Source of the DNA: a virus
Length of the DNA: 64,000 bases
Virus record (IMG/VR): IMGVR_UViG_3300013372_001471
Span: 1-64,000 of that record
Strand: one strand, 5' to 3'
In this document: positions 20,070 through 30,694 of the stretch, piece after piece
Layout of the letters: each line of letters starts with the position of its first letter
Position numbering within the stretch: the first letter of the stretch is position 1
Translations under genes and position numbers: made by a program
The notes under the pieces: generated by a model
Database searches by the model: none
What the model saw: the letters and a program-made list of their open reading frames with translations, nothing else
Told to the model about the DNA's origin: nothing

Positions 20070-21455
20070 TTATATGTTAAAAAACTTGTGTGTTGTGTTT
20101 GTGGAAACGGTTTGCATATTCAATAACATCTTTCTATACGGTTTGAATTTGTAACCCATTTCTTCGAGAGAAGAATTAAACCAATCTTCCGAATAATCAT
20201 CTTTATTTCTTTTACCATTTGAAATTATTTCATTCATATCACGAACAAAGTTATCAAGTTTATTCATATCTCTGGTTAATCTTATCAATCTTAATCTTCT
20301 TCTATTATATTCTTCTTCGTCTTGTTCTAATTTTTGCATATCTAATATAAGACTTTTCAACGAATTTTCCAAATCATTTATATCATAAGATAAAACTAAT
20401 TCTGCAAATTCAGTTCCTTTGAATAAGTCAATATATGTTTTATCATATATTGGAATAGTCATTAAGTTCTTTTCTATTTGTGCATATTCAAATCTTGGTG
20501 TAATGAACATTCCGAAGAACGGGACTTTTGTATTTGTTGTTGATATACTAAATCTACAACCAGATAAAAAGTCCATCATACTTTCCATCGTATATGTTCC
20601 TGCAAGCACCATGGGTTTATCGTTATCGAACACTTTGAATACAGTTGGATCCAAATCAAAGTCTGGAAGAAATGTATCACTAAAAGTTTTACGAGAAACA
20701 TTTGCGTGTTCTGCCAATATCTTTACATGATTGAAATAATTTTCAGGTGAGTATGTGTTTCCTATATGAACCAATTTCTTACCAGATAAATCTTTCAATC
20801 CTAACTTACCCATTGTTTCTACTATTGGTTTGAAGTTCCCATGACCTTTGAATTTAGCATAGTAAGCACATTCTGAAATGTATGGTAATTCTTTTTTATC
20901 TACCCATGATTTTTCAATCCACTTATCGTAGATACTCATGTCAATATAACCACCGACTTGAAAAGTATATTCAGAAGTTCCTCTCATTCCAATATACTCT
21001 TTGAGTGCATCCACAAAGAACGGTGTGTATGTCAAGTAATAATCACTATACTTTATGAAAGCGGGAACACAAATTGTATTAAAGTGCATACCCTCATACG
21101 GGTATATCTCATGGTCAAAGAATGCAGTTATAGTATTCAACTGACAATACATCTTTGCCAAGTCAATCAATCTTTCTTTATGTTCTGGTTTTCTTTTTTC
21201 GATACCATCAACATCGTAGATAAATTTGTTGAGGTTCAAAACAACAATATCATAACCTTCCAATCTATTTTTCAGTTCATTCATTTCCATTTCGGAAATA
21301 TCTATACAGTTCTGATATTCAGATTTGAAATTATTTGTTTCGCTAGGATTAAAGTAAAATGTATCAACACTATCAAGTGATGATATGTTTTTTGTAAAGG
21401 TATGTATTCCCCTATAAACCGAGAGGTCAATGATTGCTAATTGAGCTATTTTCAC
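20070..21455 (-). CDS. DNA alpha-glucosyltransferase homologue (T4 AGT-like)
   Basis: Colinear resemblance to T4 AGT as recalled: GIHTF~GVTKF, DIVVLN~DILIIN, DHE~HDH, YTFQ~YNFQ, FEYAQIE..TIP~LEYTHLE..TIP, YDINDLE~FDENDME; GTG start. Confidence 0.7.
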   Translation of the reverse strand: MKIAQLAIIDLSVYRGIHTFTKNISSLDSVDTFYFNPSETNNFKSEYQNCIDISEMEMNELKNRLEGYDIVVLNLNKFIYDVDGIEKRKPEHKERLIDLAKMYCQLNTITAFFDHEIYPYEGMHFNTICVPAFIKYSDYYLTYTPFFVDALKEYIGMRGTSEYTFQVGGYIDMSIYDKWIEKSWVDKKELPYISECAYYAKFKGHGNFKPIVETMGKLGLKDLSGKKLVHIGNTYSPENYFNHVKILAEHANVSRKTFSDTFLPDFDLDPTVFKVFDNDKPMVLAGTYTMESMMDFLSGCRFSISTTNTKVPFFGMFITPRFEYAQIEKNLMTIPIYDKTYIDLFKGTEFAELVLSYDINDLENSLKSLILDMQKLEQDEEEYNRRRLRLIRLTRDMNKLDNFVRDMNEIISNGKRNKDDYSEDWFNSSLEEMGYKFKPYRKMLLNMQTVSTNTTHKFFNI

Positions 21456-21604
21456 GAAACACCTAAACTTCCAGTTAAATGATTTAATATAAGTTTTTCT
21501 ATCAATCCACTTAATTTATATCCGTTGTCTTGACAATAGTTTGCCAATTCTTCTTTTATAGAATTGCGAATTTGTATGCTCGAGTATTTTGATTTTGCAT
21601 CCAC
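21452..21604 (-). CDS. Ribbon-helix-helix protein (50 aa, missing from the ORF track)
   Basis: GTG start; MDAKSKYSSIQIRNSIKEELANYCQDNGYKLSGLIEKLILNHLTGSLGVS; stop overlaps the AGT start (GTGA). Confidence 0.75.
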   Translation of the reverse strand: MDAKSKYSSIQIRNSIKEELANYCQDNGYKLSGLIEKLILNHLTGSLGVS

Positions 21605-21624
21605 AACATTCTCTATCAGTTAAA

Positions 21625-21644
21625 CATACATATAAATATGTATG
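21625..21644. promoter_or_regulatory. Palindrome CATACATA-N4-TATGTATG enclosing the ATATTTAT motif; putative operator
   Basis: Perfect 8-bp inverted repeat 20 nt upstream of the RHH gene. Confidence 0.55.
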
Positions 21645-21679
21645 AATTTTAGAAAACAATAGAAAATAGTAGATTTATT

Positions 21680-22591
21680 TTAGAAGGGCGTTATGTTTCT
21701 TTTTTCTTTCGGACAAAGTTCGTAATTGGAATTGAAATCACAATACTTACAATTTGAATAATTGTTACCGCCTTCAGCAGGTTGTATTACCTCCAATTTA
21801 TATTCACCTTCTTCGGTAAAGTTTGTTGTAATAAATTCTGCAATTTCTTTCTTGATATTGTTTTGAGAAACTTTGCCATTGGATGGTTCAAATCTTTGAA
21901 CTCTCTGTTTCATCGCTTCATATTCTGCATCTTCAATAATCTTTCTACGAAGAATTAAATACTCAACATTTATTTCTTCGGGACTAACACCGTATTGTTT
22001 TGCATAATATGTTTTGTAAAGAACAAGTTGCGATGTCTTTACTTTATCAGCTTTGGTATATTTGTTCCAACCATTTGTGCTAGTCTTGAAATCATATATG
22101 TATATCTCGCCGGTCTTTGTATTCTTAATAACTAAATCCAAGAAGCCAACGAGTTTAACTGTGGGATGTGTTTCAAGTGGAACTATGTTTATAGGCAATT
22201 CAATACCAACCAATTCATAATCTTTCTTTTGAAAATAATCGGCTCTATGTGCCTTGAACCAATTAAGAATTTGAACACCGTCTGAATAGTATTCTTTCAA
22301 TTCTTTATCGGTAGAGAAGTGAACATCTTTGTTTTCGGTAAGTAATTTTTTGTATTCATTCCGAATACCTGTTTGTAACATTTCATTGAGGTCCAGTTTA
22401 TTTGCCTCAACAATTGATTTCTCATAGATGGTCTTAACATATTCTTGCAATACTTCGTGCATCGCTGTTCCAAAAAGAGCAGCAGTTGATGGTTGATATG
22501 TTGCAAGTTTATCAATGTATGTTAGTTTCCATCTATGAGGACAATCCTTCCACATTTGATATTGTGAAAAAGATACTTTTCTGTTAGGCAT
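21680..22591 (-). CDS. Cas4/RecB-like PD-(D/E)xK nuclease
   Basis: CP..W, G..MH, GFLD, DFKT, QL..Y, CxxC..C. Confidence 0.85.
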   Translation of the reverse strand: MPNRKVSFSQYQMWKDCPHRWKLTYIDKLATYQPSTAALFGTAMHEVLQEYVKTIYEKSIVEANKLDLNEMLQTGIRNEYKKLLTENKDVHFSTDKELKEYYSDGVQILNWFKAHRADYFQKKDYELVGIELPINIVPLETHPTVKLVGFLDLVIKNTKTGEIYIYDFKTSTNGWNKYTKADKVKTSQLVLYKTYYAKQYGVSPEEINVEYLILRRKIIEDAEYEAMKQRVQRFEPSNGKVSQNNIKKEIAEFITTNFTEEGEYKLEVIQPAEGGNNYSNCKYCDFNSNYELCPKEKRNITPF

Positions 22592-22977
22592 TATTTACCC
22601 CACTTGCCAGACTGAACAAGTTGTGCAATGATACCATACACAGAAATATCTTTGAATGTATCATCAAGACTTTCACCGACTGCATCTTTTGAACCAAACA
22701 TAATCATTTGTTTATATCTGTTTATTTTATCGTTCAATCTGAAAAACAATCCTTGTAAAGATAACTTTCTATCTTCTTCTCTTTCCAATGATGAACCCAT
22801 GGATATATTATCCGGACCATAATTTTTCTGCTTACGGCAAAACAATTCATATTGTTCGGCTTGTATTCTCTTAAATTCTGCCGTCATAACAGGAAACTTT
22901 TCTTCTATTTCCAAAACAGCTTCGTGTTTTTTTATACCCAAATCTCTTTCTGTTATTGCCATTTTAGTGTTCCTCAT
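22591..22977 (-). CDS. Nucleotide modification associated domain 1 (DUF1599-like)
   Basis: K...YG, R..DK..R, ES..DT..D...Y..I; alternative start 22962. Confidence 0.8.
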   Translation of the reverse strand: MRNTKMAITERDLGIKKHEAVLEIEEKFPVMTAEFKRIQAEQYELFCRKQKNYGPDNISMGSSLEREEDRKLSLQGLFFRLNDKINRYKQMIMFGSKDAVGESLDDTFKDISVYGIIAQLVQSGKWGK

Positions 22978-23426
22978 TTTATATTCTTTAATTGTTTTTC
23001 AAATTTAGTAATATCCGCTTCGGGTGTTCCATACAGTTTCAATATATCGGTCAATTCATCTGGATTGTTTTCTTTAATAAAACGAATATACTCATACACT
23101 TCATTTCTTCCCAACTCAAAGTGGTTACAAAATGTAGATAGAATTTGTGGTTCTATTTCCATTTTGTGTTTGGACTTTATGTATTTCAGAAAGATTGATT
23201 TCTTTGGTAGAATATCTAGCAAAAGTTTATAGTAATCTCTTGAAGATAGTATTCCATTTGAATATGTTTGAAATTCATTTATGACTTCAACAAATTCTGG
23301 TTCCATTGAAAAGAAACGAGCAATCATATAATTGCTCCATGACTTTGTATCTTCTTCTGAAAGTTCTTCCCATTTTGTTTTACGGAAAGTAACACCTTTA
23401 ATATGATCAAATAAACTTTTTGCCAT
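22974..23426 (-). CDS. Clamp loader small subunit (gp62-like)
   Basis: SLFD N-terminus, YMI.RFFS..., FLKYIK; near the clamp loader ATPase. Confidence 0.7.
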   Translation of the reverse strand: MAKSLFDHIKGVTFRKTKWEELSEEDTKSWSNYMIARFFSMEPEFVEVINEFQTYSNGILSSRDYYKLLLDILPKKSIFLKYIKSKHKMEIEPQILSTFCNHFELGRNEVYEYIRFIKENNPDELTDILKLYGTPEADITKFEKQLKNIK

Positions 23427-23434
23427 GATAATCC

Positions 23435-23704
23435 TTAATCGTTTAGTTGTTGTCTTTTTGTTGGCATAAATTCGTCATTGATATTACCACATTCTAAACA
23501 AGCATAAGTTGGAATTGGAATGATACCTTCTTGTCCTGTTGGTGAAAGTAGTGCAGAAATCTTTTTGAAGAATGTTACTTCGTGAAAGAATTTATTACCA
23601 CATTTTGAACATTCAATATCTGATGCCTGATTGATGTCCACTGTAACTTGTTGTGGTTCTTGTTGTGGTTGTCCACCACCGTTAATGTCATAAATACCCA
23701 TCAT
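23435..23704 (-). CDS. Zinc ribbon protein
   Basis: CSKCG...CLECG. Confidence 0.7.
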   Translation of the reverse strand: MMGIYDINGGGQPQQEPQQVTVDINQASDIECSKCGNKFFHEVTFFKKISALLSPTGQEGIIPIPTYACLECGNINDEFMPTKRQQLND

Positions 23705-24642
23705 TTTCTCCTTTGGTCAATTTCCATAATAATTTGAATAAACATAGCCATGGCATTTATTTCATGGTCTACAACAAAACTGTCTTTGTATTGTGCTTCA
23801 GCAATAATCAAAATGATAGTTGATACGAAACCATTTGCGTATGTATCAACGGTATCGTAAAGATGTCTGAACATTTGATTGAAGTCACGAACATGATTGT
23901 CAGCAAGTAACTGACGAATACCATCGAACTTTTCTTTTTTGTTTTTACTTGATTTTAGAATATCAACAATCGAAGAAAGATAATTGTGTTCTACCAAAGT
24001 TGTTTCATCCAATTTCAAAACACCACCAATAACACATCGTTGAGTTGTGTTAATTACACGGCGAATATCTGGATAAGATTGATTGATAATTGTTGCAAGA
24101 TTATCTTTCTCATATTTTACATTCTCACCATCAAGAATTTTTACAAGATGTTGTGCAACTTCTTTCTTCGATGGTGGAACTATGTTAAAGATTTGACAAC
24201 GAGATTGAATTGGATCAATAATCTTATCTACATAATTACAAGTTAAAATAAAACGAGTTGTCTTACTAAATGTTTCAATAACATTACGAAGTGCTGCCTG
24301 GGCATTCGGTGTCATGTAATCACATTCATCCAATATAATTAGCTTCAATCCACCAAATCCAATTGAAGAAGCAAACTGTTTGATTTTATCACGAACAGTA
24401 TCTACTGAATTTTCGTCTGAAGCATTGATGTAAATGTAGTTATCTTTTGCGATAGTATTTGCAACAATCTTAGCAAGTGTGGTTTTACCACTACCAGCAT
24501 CACCATAAAGAAGTAAATGTGGAACATCGTTTGTCTCAATATATTGTTGAAAGGTTGATTTTACAGTATCGTTGCCAACATAAGTGTCAAGTGTTTGTGG
24601 GCGATACTTTTCATTCCAAATTGTGTGTGAAGTGTTAAACAT
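23701..24642 (-). CDS. Clamp loader ATPase (RFC/gp44-like)
   Basis: W.EKYRP, G.GKTT, NASD, LDE.D, SRC. Confidence 0.95.
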   Translation of the reverse strand: MFNTSHTIWNEKYRPQTLDTYVGNDTVKSTFQQYIETNDVPHLLLYGDAGSGKTTLAKIVANTIAKDNYIYINASDENSVDTVRDKIKQFASSIGFGGLKLIILDECDYMTPNAQAALRNVIETFSKTTRFILTCNYVDKIIDPIQSRCQIFNIVPPSKKEVAQHLVKILDGENVKYEKDNLATIINQSYPDIRRVINTTQRCVIGGVLKLDETTLVEHNYLSSIVDILKSSKNKKEKFDGIRQLLADNHVRDFNQMFRHLYDTVDTYANGFVSTIILIIAEAQYKDSFVVDHEINAMAMFIQIIMEIDQRRK

Positions 24643-24701
24643 AACATACCTTATAGATTGATAAATTCATATGCTAATATATGTATTTTTCGCCTAATAT
24701 C

Positions 24702-25772
24702 CTAGCGATTTTTTTGAAATACGAAGATTGGCTCTCTTTTATAGCCAGCTCCCATGACTGCGGACAGTATCAGTTGTAGAGTATCGGTGTGATCGAAACC
24801 AACTAGGTTGGCATATTTTATAGTCATTTCTTCCAAATCTTTATACTTTGGTGTGTTGGCTATGTTTATTAACATATAGCCACCCATTTTTAGACCGTGA
24901 TAACAATTACGGAATGTTGATTGAAGAAATCCAGATCCCCATTCTTCTCTTGTTGGGAATTTGTTATACGATTGAGTTTCTTCGTCTGCATATTTTTCAG
25001 TATCGAAATATGGTGGCGAAGTAAAACACAAATCCAAACTATCTTTTTGTGGGATATAATCTTCTGAACCCATCATGTTCAATTGAATATCTTTGCCAAG
25101 ATATGCAAAGTCATCACGAAGTTTACAAAGTCCTTCAAATGTTTTGGTTGATGGTTCTGTTCCGATATAAGTTTTAATATATGGTGAAGCAAGAGCACCA
25201 ACCAATCTGCCACCCCAACCACAAGACATATCCCACATCACACCATCACCGCCATATTTTTTATAGATAACACCGGCAGCAGTTGGTCTGAAATTGGAAA
25301 CACCTTGAACACCAGAATATATTTTAAGTGATTGACGAAGACGGTTCTCTTGGAAAGAAGTGCCCCAATGTTTTGACAACCACTTCAAACATTTGCGTAT
25401 TGTCATTTTGAATGTTTGGTCATTCAAAAAGTTATCCATTGGAGACATCTTTGAGTTCCCGCATTTAACTTCCATTGCATGCGGAAAGTATGACCACGCC
25501 AATCGAAGTCCGTTCATGGTTTGAATTATATCACCGTCTTTGAAAATACTATCATAATCGAATTGTTGTAGTTTTCTCATGTGTTCATGTTTTTCTTGTT
25601 CGGTGATTTTCATATATGGATAACCGTGTTTGCGGTAATACTGAAAGATACAATCTATCGTATCATCCAATTCTCTTTTACCTGCAAAAAATTCACCGGT
25701 CTCTTTCCACAAACGAACTTCTAGCGGATCAACATCAAAAAATTTACTTAAACTATCGCTGTTTGGTTTCAT
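24702..25772 (-). CDS. DNA amino-methyltransferase-like protein A (N4-C/N6-A type)
   Basis: DMSCGWGGR (motif I), FTSPPYF (motif IV). Confidence 0.8.
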   Translation of the reverse strand: MKPNSDSLSKFFDVDPLEVRLWKETGEFFAGKRELDDTIDCIFQYYRKHGYPYMKITEQEKHEHMRKLQQFDYDSIFKDGDIIQTMNGLRLAWSYFPHAMEVKCGNSKMSPMDNFLNDQTFKMTIRKCLKWLSKHWGTSFQENRLRQSLKIYSGVQGVSNFRPTAAGVIYKKYGGDGVMWDMSCGWGGRLVGALASPYIKTYIGTEPSTKTFEGLCKLRDDFAYLGKDIQLNMMGSEDYIPQKDSLDLCFTSPPYFDTEKYADEETQSYNKFPTREEWGSGFLQSTFRNCYHGLKMGGYMLINIANTPKYKDLEEMTIKYANLVGFDHTDTLQLILSAVMGAGYKREPIFVFQKNR

Positions 25773-25773
25773 G

Positions 25774-27399
25774 TTATGGTTTATAGAAAACGAATACTGG
25801 TTCGTATTTGAACCATTCGCCGTTGTATAATACTTTATTTGCTAATCTCTCTGGATCGGAATTACCAATCATCTTTGTCATAAGCATTCCCATCTTACCT
25901 TTGTATTCCATACCCAAAGATTTCAAAATGTTTATTGAGTCTTCTTCAAGATGTATTGTTTTATTTGCAGATACTTTGATATTTGCAATGTTCCAACAAA
26001 GATACCGGTCATTTTTCAAATACTCTACGGCAGTTTCCAATGTTGGTTTCAAAAAGTTATCACGCCAGTCTGCATATTCTCCATGTGCCTTATATGATTG
26101 TGTGTCATCATCGGAATACATTTCGCGATTGAAATACGGTGGTGATGTGAAAACAAAATCTAATTTACCTTTATACTTTTGGAAATCAGGATTGAATTGT
26201 ATTGTTTCAGAACCGTCTTGGAAAACTTCGTATGTGTGATTTTCTTTTACATCAAAGAATTTTGATGATAGTGAACTACCCTTCTCACCAATTGACTTCA
26301 AGTAAAAGTCTGCAAGATATTCATAACGAGTTATTCCTAAATCAGGAATTGAATTGTCCGTATTAGGATCTGTTCCAACATAATGTATCGGTCTACTCAC
26401 CGACATTGCTCCCAAAATTCTTCCACCCCAACCTGCACTTGGATCATAAACTGTAACGGTTTCACTTGCAGGAACGTGTTTTGTAAAATGTTCATACAAA
26501 AACTTTGCAGTCATTGGTGGAAAGTTTACAGCAGGTTGTGAGAAAGAAATACGGAATATCTGAAATGCTTGTGGAAATAATCTTGCACTCTTTTCATACA
26601 CTCTAACCAAGAAAACATTTACTCTTGGTTCTTCACCGTCTTTCTTTATCATAAAGTTATCGGACAGTTCATCTATATCACCCAAATAAAATATCATACT
26701 AGCATCAAGTATACCATCCTTAACAAACTCACGGATTTGATCCGCCTTAATAGTTAGATACTTTGTATATTTTTTATTATAGGTTTCAAGTGTGCAAGAT
26801 ATTTTTGATATGCGTAAACCTTGTCCGTCAAATCTACCATCACCATTTTTGAAAGCAACGAAGAAGTCTCTTAATGTTTCACCTTCTCTGAAATATGGGT
26901 TCTTAATTTGATTTGAGGAAATAGATTTACTATAAAGATACATTGAGTCATTGTAAAGAGTTCTACGCATAACATGATGAAAAGTATCTTTCATTTCATC
27001 GGTGAAGAAATCATAAATAGATCTAGATGTTTCACCGTTTGTTCCACTTGCAATCTTCGTCTTTAACATAGTTGGAAAGAATTGATTAGCAGCAGAACCA
27101 TTTTTAGAGAAGTTAGCAATGACGCCGATTATATCTTCGTCATTGCCTTTCTCTGGACTATGAAAGATTTTTGAGGTATTGAACTGACGTAGTTTTGAAA
27201 ATGATTGAACAATCTCTTCTTCGCTTCTGCCAACAAGAGGCGGTTTACCACTTTCATCCCAATCTTTCAAAAACCTCATTCGTAATTCTTCTATCCATTC
27301 TGAAAACTTATTATCATCATAAGTTACCAATTCGCCGTATGTAATGTTTGACGACCAGGATAGAACATCACTCTTTTCATAAAAATACTTTTTCATCAA
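25774..27399 (-). CDS. DNA amino-methyltransferase-like protein B
   Basis: DPSAGWGGR, FTSPPYF; long N-terminal region. Confidence 0.8.
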   Translation of the reverse strand: MMKKYFYEKSDVLSWSSNITYGELVTYDDNKFSEWIEELRMRFLKDWDESGKPPLVGRSEEEIVQSFSKLRQFNTSKIFHSPEKGNDEDIIGVIANFSKNGSAANQFFPTMLKTKIASGTNGETSRSIYDFFTDEMKDTFHHVMRRTLYNDSMYLYSKSISSNQIKNPYFREGETLRDFFVAFKNGDGRFDGQGLRISKISCTLETYNKKYTKYLTIKADQIREFVKDGILDASMIFYLGDIDELSDNFMIKKDGEEPRVNVFLVRVYEKSARLFPQAFQIFRISFSQPAVNFPPMTAKFLYEHFTKHVPASETVTVYDPSAGWGGRILGAMSVSRPIHYVGTDPNTDNSIPDLGITRYEYLADFYLKSIGEKGSSLSSKFFDVKENHTYEVFQDGSETIQFNPDFQKYKGKLDFVFTSPPYFNREMYSDDDTQSYKAHGEYADWRDNFLKPTLETAVEYLKNDRYLCWNIANIKVSANKTIHLEEDSINILKSLGMEYKGKMGMLMTKMIGNSDPERLANKVLYNGEWFKYEPVFVFYKP

Positions 27400-28115
27400 T
27401 TGTTATCCAATTTTACTAAATAATACTTTGCATCAAAGTCATCAATATCAAATTCAACTTTCGCCAAACCTTCGGATGAAACTTTGAGTGTTCCACCATT
27501 CAAGTCTTTGTTAGCGGCAAGAATACCATTGAAGTATTTTGCAGAGAAACTGATTGGTTCAATATCACCACTTGCATTGCAATCAATATCAATAGAGATA
27601 CGGTTTGAATTTGTATTTGAATAACCAAGAACAATTTGATACTTATTTAATTTTTCATTCTTTAATACTGTAAACTTTTCAATATCCGAAAGAGCAGATT
27701 TTGCCTTGATGAATTTATCAATAAATTCTTTTGTAATTGTAATATCCAATTCAAAATTGGGCAATTCTTTTAGGTCTGGTGCAGGTGGAATAACTGCAAG
27801 GTCAGCCAACATATAATTTACAGTAGTTGATTTGTCATCAATTGTCAATGAGAATGCCTTATCACCGGCACCGTTCACTTGAAAGTTTACTGTGTTACCA
27901 AGAACACCCAATAGACTTACAAGCAAGTCTGTGTTATACACACCGAATTTCCAATCATCACCTTGAAAACTTTTCAACTTAACTTCGCCAACCACACATT
28001 TATCATCGGAAATAAAACGAGTGGAAAGCCCACCATTTACATTCCAAGCAACAGACTGTATCAATTTACCCAAATGATACTTACTGATAAAGTTCAACAA
28101 CTTTGATTTTTCCAT
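27396..28115 (-). CDS. Sliding clamp (gp45/PCNA-like)
   Basis: 239 aa two-domain pattern, LKVSSEGL...F...YYL C-terminus; lies between polymerase and clamp loader. Confidence 0.8.
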   Translation of the reverse strand: MEKSKLLNFISKYHLGKLIQSVAWNVNGGLSTRFISDDKCVVGEVKLKSFQGDDWKFGVYNTDLLVSLLGVLGNTVNFQVNGAGDKAFSLTIDDKSTTVNYMLADLAVIPPAPDLKELPNFELDITITKEFIDKFIKAKSALSDIEKFTVLKNEKLNKYQIVLGYSNTNSNRISIDIDCNASGDIEPISFSAKYFNGILAANKDLNGGTLKVSSEGLAKVEFDIDDFDAKYYLVKLDNN

Positions 28116-28150
28116 AACAACAATCCTTAATGATTAGTAAATAATTTATG

Positions 28151-28181
28151 CTAATATATGAAATTTTTGCGTAATTTCAAA
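28151..28181 (-). promoter_or_regulatory. Host-type promoter TTTG-N19-TATATTAG upstream of the clamp
   Basis: Direct motif match. Confidence 0.6.
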
Positions 28182-30693
28182 ACGAAAAAAACTTTTGTGC
28201 AACTTTTTTATTCTCCGTTGGGAAATCCCACTTCATTGCCTCATAGAAGTTCTTTAACTTGCCATCCAATTCCGAAACAAATAATTCATTGGCATCAAAA
28301 TAATCCTTGACAAATTGTATAATTTCTTCTGGATCCGAATCACCACGAAATGCCAACTCCTCCAACCCATACTTGTTTGATTTCAAATAAGCAATCTTAA
28401 CCTTGTCACCATTTTTAATTGGCGGATATTTCGGAGGACAACCAAATGTTTTCAATAACTTATTATAGTTTATGGCAGCTTTGATATGTGATGGAGTTCC
28501 CTTTGCATACTTACCGAGAACATCATCCTTTACCAAAGTTTCATACTTTTTAATATCTTTGATTGAAGAATTTTTAGCAACCTCTGCATACAATACCGTG
28601 TTCAAATTCTTTTTGAAAGACAATATGTATTCATCAATTTCATTCTTATCTTTACCTTTGAGAATATCAATCATCACATCCTTCATACACTTCTGAAATG
28701 ATTTGGGGAATGATGAACGAACAATATCCAAACCCTTAACTTCCAACTTATCCATTGGAACACCGTTATCCGAAATAATCCAAAGAGCATATCTTTTTTT
28801 CTTTTGCCAGAAACCTGTTCTACCAATCATTTCTTGTTTGATTTCCAAACGATGTTTGTCAGTATTGAATATCTTTTTGGCAAATACATCATAGAATTGA
28901 TTAACATAATCTTGAACTTCCGTTGCAATCTCATAAATCTTTGGTGTCATTGTTTCAATATCATTTGTATCAATGTCCGGAAATCTATTCTTCACCAAAG
29001 GTAAACAAGAAACAAACACAGAGTCCGTATCAACATACTGAACATAATCAAGGTTATCAGTTTTCAATTCTTTATTGTATTTCATATTGATAGCAGCTTC
29101 TGTTTTCTTAATAACCGTTTGACCGGAAAGTGTAACTGCCTCTGCATTATCAATATCATAGAAACGAAATGCAGGTAAACCAAGAATACCATACATACTA
29201 TTCAAAAGAATTTTCTGAACAAGCTGTCTTTTCTTGTAGAACTCATACTTGTCTGTGTCACCGGCTTTACCCCACTTCTTCATTTCATTTTTATACTCAA
29301 CCCTTTTATCAAACCAATCAGAAAGAATTGCTGGAATGAGTCCGGTTTTGTCTGAACTATACATAACACCGTTTGATGCAACTGTGTATTTGTATTTGTC
29401 CAAGAATGCCTTTAACTTTTCTTTCGATACCTTTTCACCACCAACAATGTATTCATCCTTTCTTCCACGGTTAAAATCTTCAGCATTCCAATCTTCAATT
29501 TTGGCAATCTTTGTTTCAGGAGAAATGTTTAGTGTCATAATGATTGACGGATATAGTGATGTCAAATCCAAGTCATACATCCAATCATATCTACCAGGAA
29601 CAGGATCCTTAACGAATGCACCGATAAAACCTTTCTCACCACTCTCACGCAATTCTTGCATCTTCTCTTGTCTATCTGCTGGTTTGTTCGGAGCAACAAC
29701 ACCACCAATATGTTTAAGATAAGTAAGCATAGCTCCTTCCAAATACTTTGATGAATATACAAAGTCTTCATAAGGAACATGACCAACATGAGCGATACCA
29801 CGAACTAAATCAATATACTGTAACTTCTTGTCTAATTCGATAACTAACTCAACGTCAGTAATGTTGTATTCGATAAATGTATCAATATCATTTTCCATCA
29901 AGTCATCAAGGTTGCCCTCATATTCAATCTTACCACGACCAAGTTCTGTCATACAAACTGCATTTAGGGCATAAGATGGCAATTCTTTATATGAGAACTT
30001 TTTATACACAGTCATATAATCCAATACGGATGTTCCACCGATTGTGTAACGATTACGATACGGCGAATAAAACATTTCACCAATCACAGAAAGATTGTTT
30101 GCGTGCTTCTTACCAAGAACTCTTTTTATACGATTGTGTAAATATGGAATATCGAATGCATCACAATTCCAACCAGTCATAACATGGGGTTGAATTTCTT
30201 GAATTGCATCTATGAATTTAAGTAGTAAAGTTTTTTCATCATAACAAGGTATGACCGTTTTGTTATCCGTAGTTTTCCCATCTAATTTTCTTTTCTTATC
30301 CAATACAAGAATTGTATAATGGTTTGATGCAGAGTCATGGTAAGCAATTGATGTTACTTCATTATTACCTTGTGTTGGATCCGGAATACCGGTAATCATT
30401 TCAACCTCAATATCGAATGTCATTGTTACAATTCCCTTCGAGGGCATATCGGAATCGCCATACATATCTACAAGAATACGAGTTGTCTCTGCAATATCGG
30501 ATTCAAATAGGTCAGGATCGTTTTTAATAAAGTTTGTAACCTTTGAAAGTTTATCACCGTATAGAGAAATATATTTACCATTGGGATCTTTCTTGTAAGC
30601 ATACGGCGTATACTCAAAGTGCATCAAACCTTTTGCATCATCCCATACCCACGCTTCTTTTGTATTTGTTTTAACGAAAATGTTTTGATACAT
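28177..30693 (-). CDS. Family B DNA polymerase (gp43-like), 838 aa
   Basis: DIE exonuclease motif, DLTSLYPS, K...NS.YG, YVDTDS; true start MYQNIF at 30693. Confidence 0.95.
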   Translation of the reverse strand: MYQNIFVKTNTKEAWVWDDAKGLMHFEYTPYAYKKDPNGKYISLYGDKLSKVTNFIKNDPDLFESDIAETTRILVDMYGDSDMPSKGIVTMTFDIEVEMITGIPDPTQGNNEVTSIAYHDSASNHYTILVLDKKRKLDGKTTDNKTVIPCYDEKTLLLKFIDAIQEIQPHVMTGWNCDAFDIPYLHNRIKRVLGKKHANNLSVIGEMFYSPYRNRYTIGGTSVLDYMTVYKKFSYKELPSYALNAVCMTELGRGKIEYEGNLDDLMENDIDTFIEYNITDVELVIELDKKLQYIDLVRGIAHVGHVPYEDFVYSSKYLEGAMLTYLKHIGGVVAPNKPADRQEKMQELRESGEKGFIGAFVKDPVPGRYDWMYDLDLTSLYPSIIMTLNISPETKIAKIEDWNAEDFNRGRKDEYIVGGEKVSKEKLKAFLDKYKYTVASNGVMYSSDKTGLIPAILSDWFDKRVEYKNEMKKWGKAGDTDKYEFYKKRQLVQKILLNSMYGILGLPAFRFYDIDNAEAVTLSGQTVIKKTEAAINMKYNKELKTDNLDYVQYVDTDSVFVSCLPLVKNRFPDIDTNDIETMTPKIYEIATEVQDYVNQFYDVFAKKIFNTDKHRLEIKQEMIGRTGFWQKKKRYALWIISDNGVPMDKLEVKGLDIVRSSFPKSFQKCMKDVMIDILKGKDKNEIDEYILSFKKNLNTVLYAEVAKNSSIKDIKKYETLVKDDVLGKYAKGTPSHIKAAINYNKLLKTFGCPPKYPPIKNGDKVKIAYLKSNKYGLEELAFRGDSDPEEIIQFVKDYFDANELFVSELDGKLKNFYEAMKWDFPTENKKVAQKFFSF

Positions 30694-30694
30694 A

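Noticed and set aside
21680-22591. Cas4-like gene as a sign of CRISPR
   Set aside because: No repeat-spacer array or other cas gene seen; solo Cas4-like nucleases are common in phages
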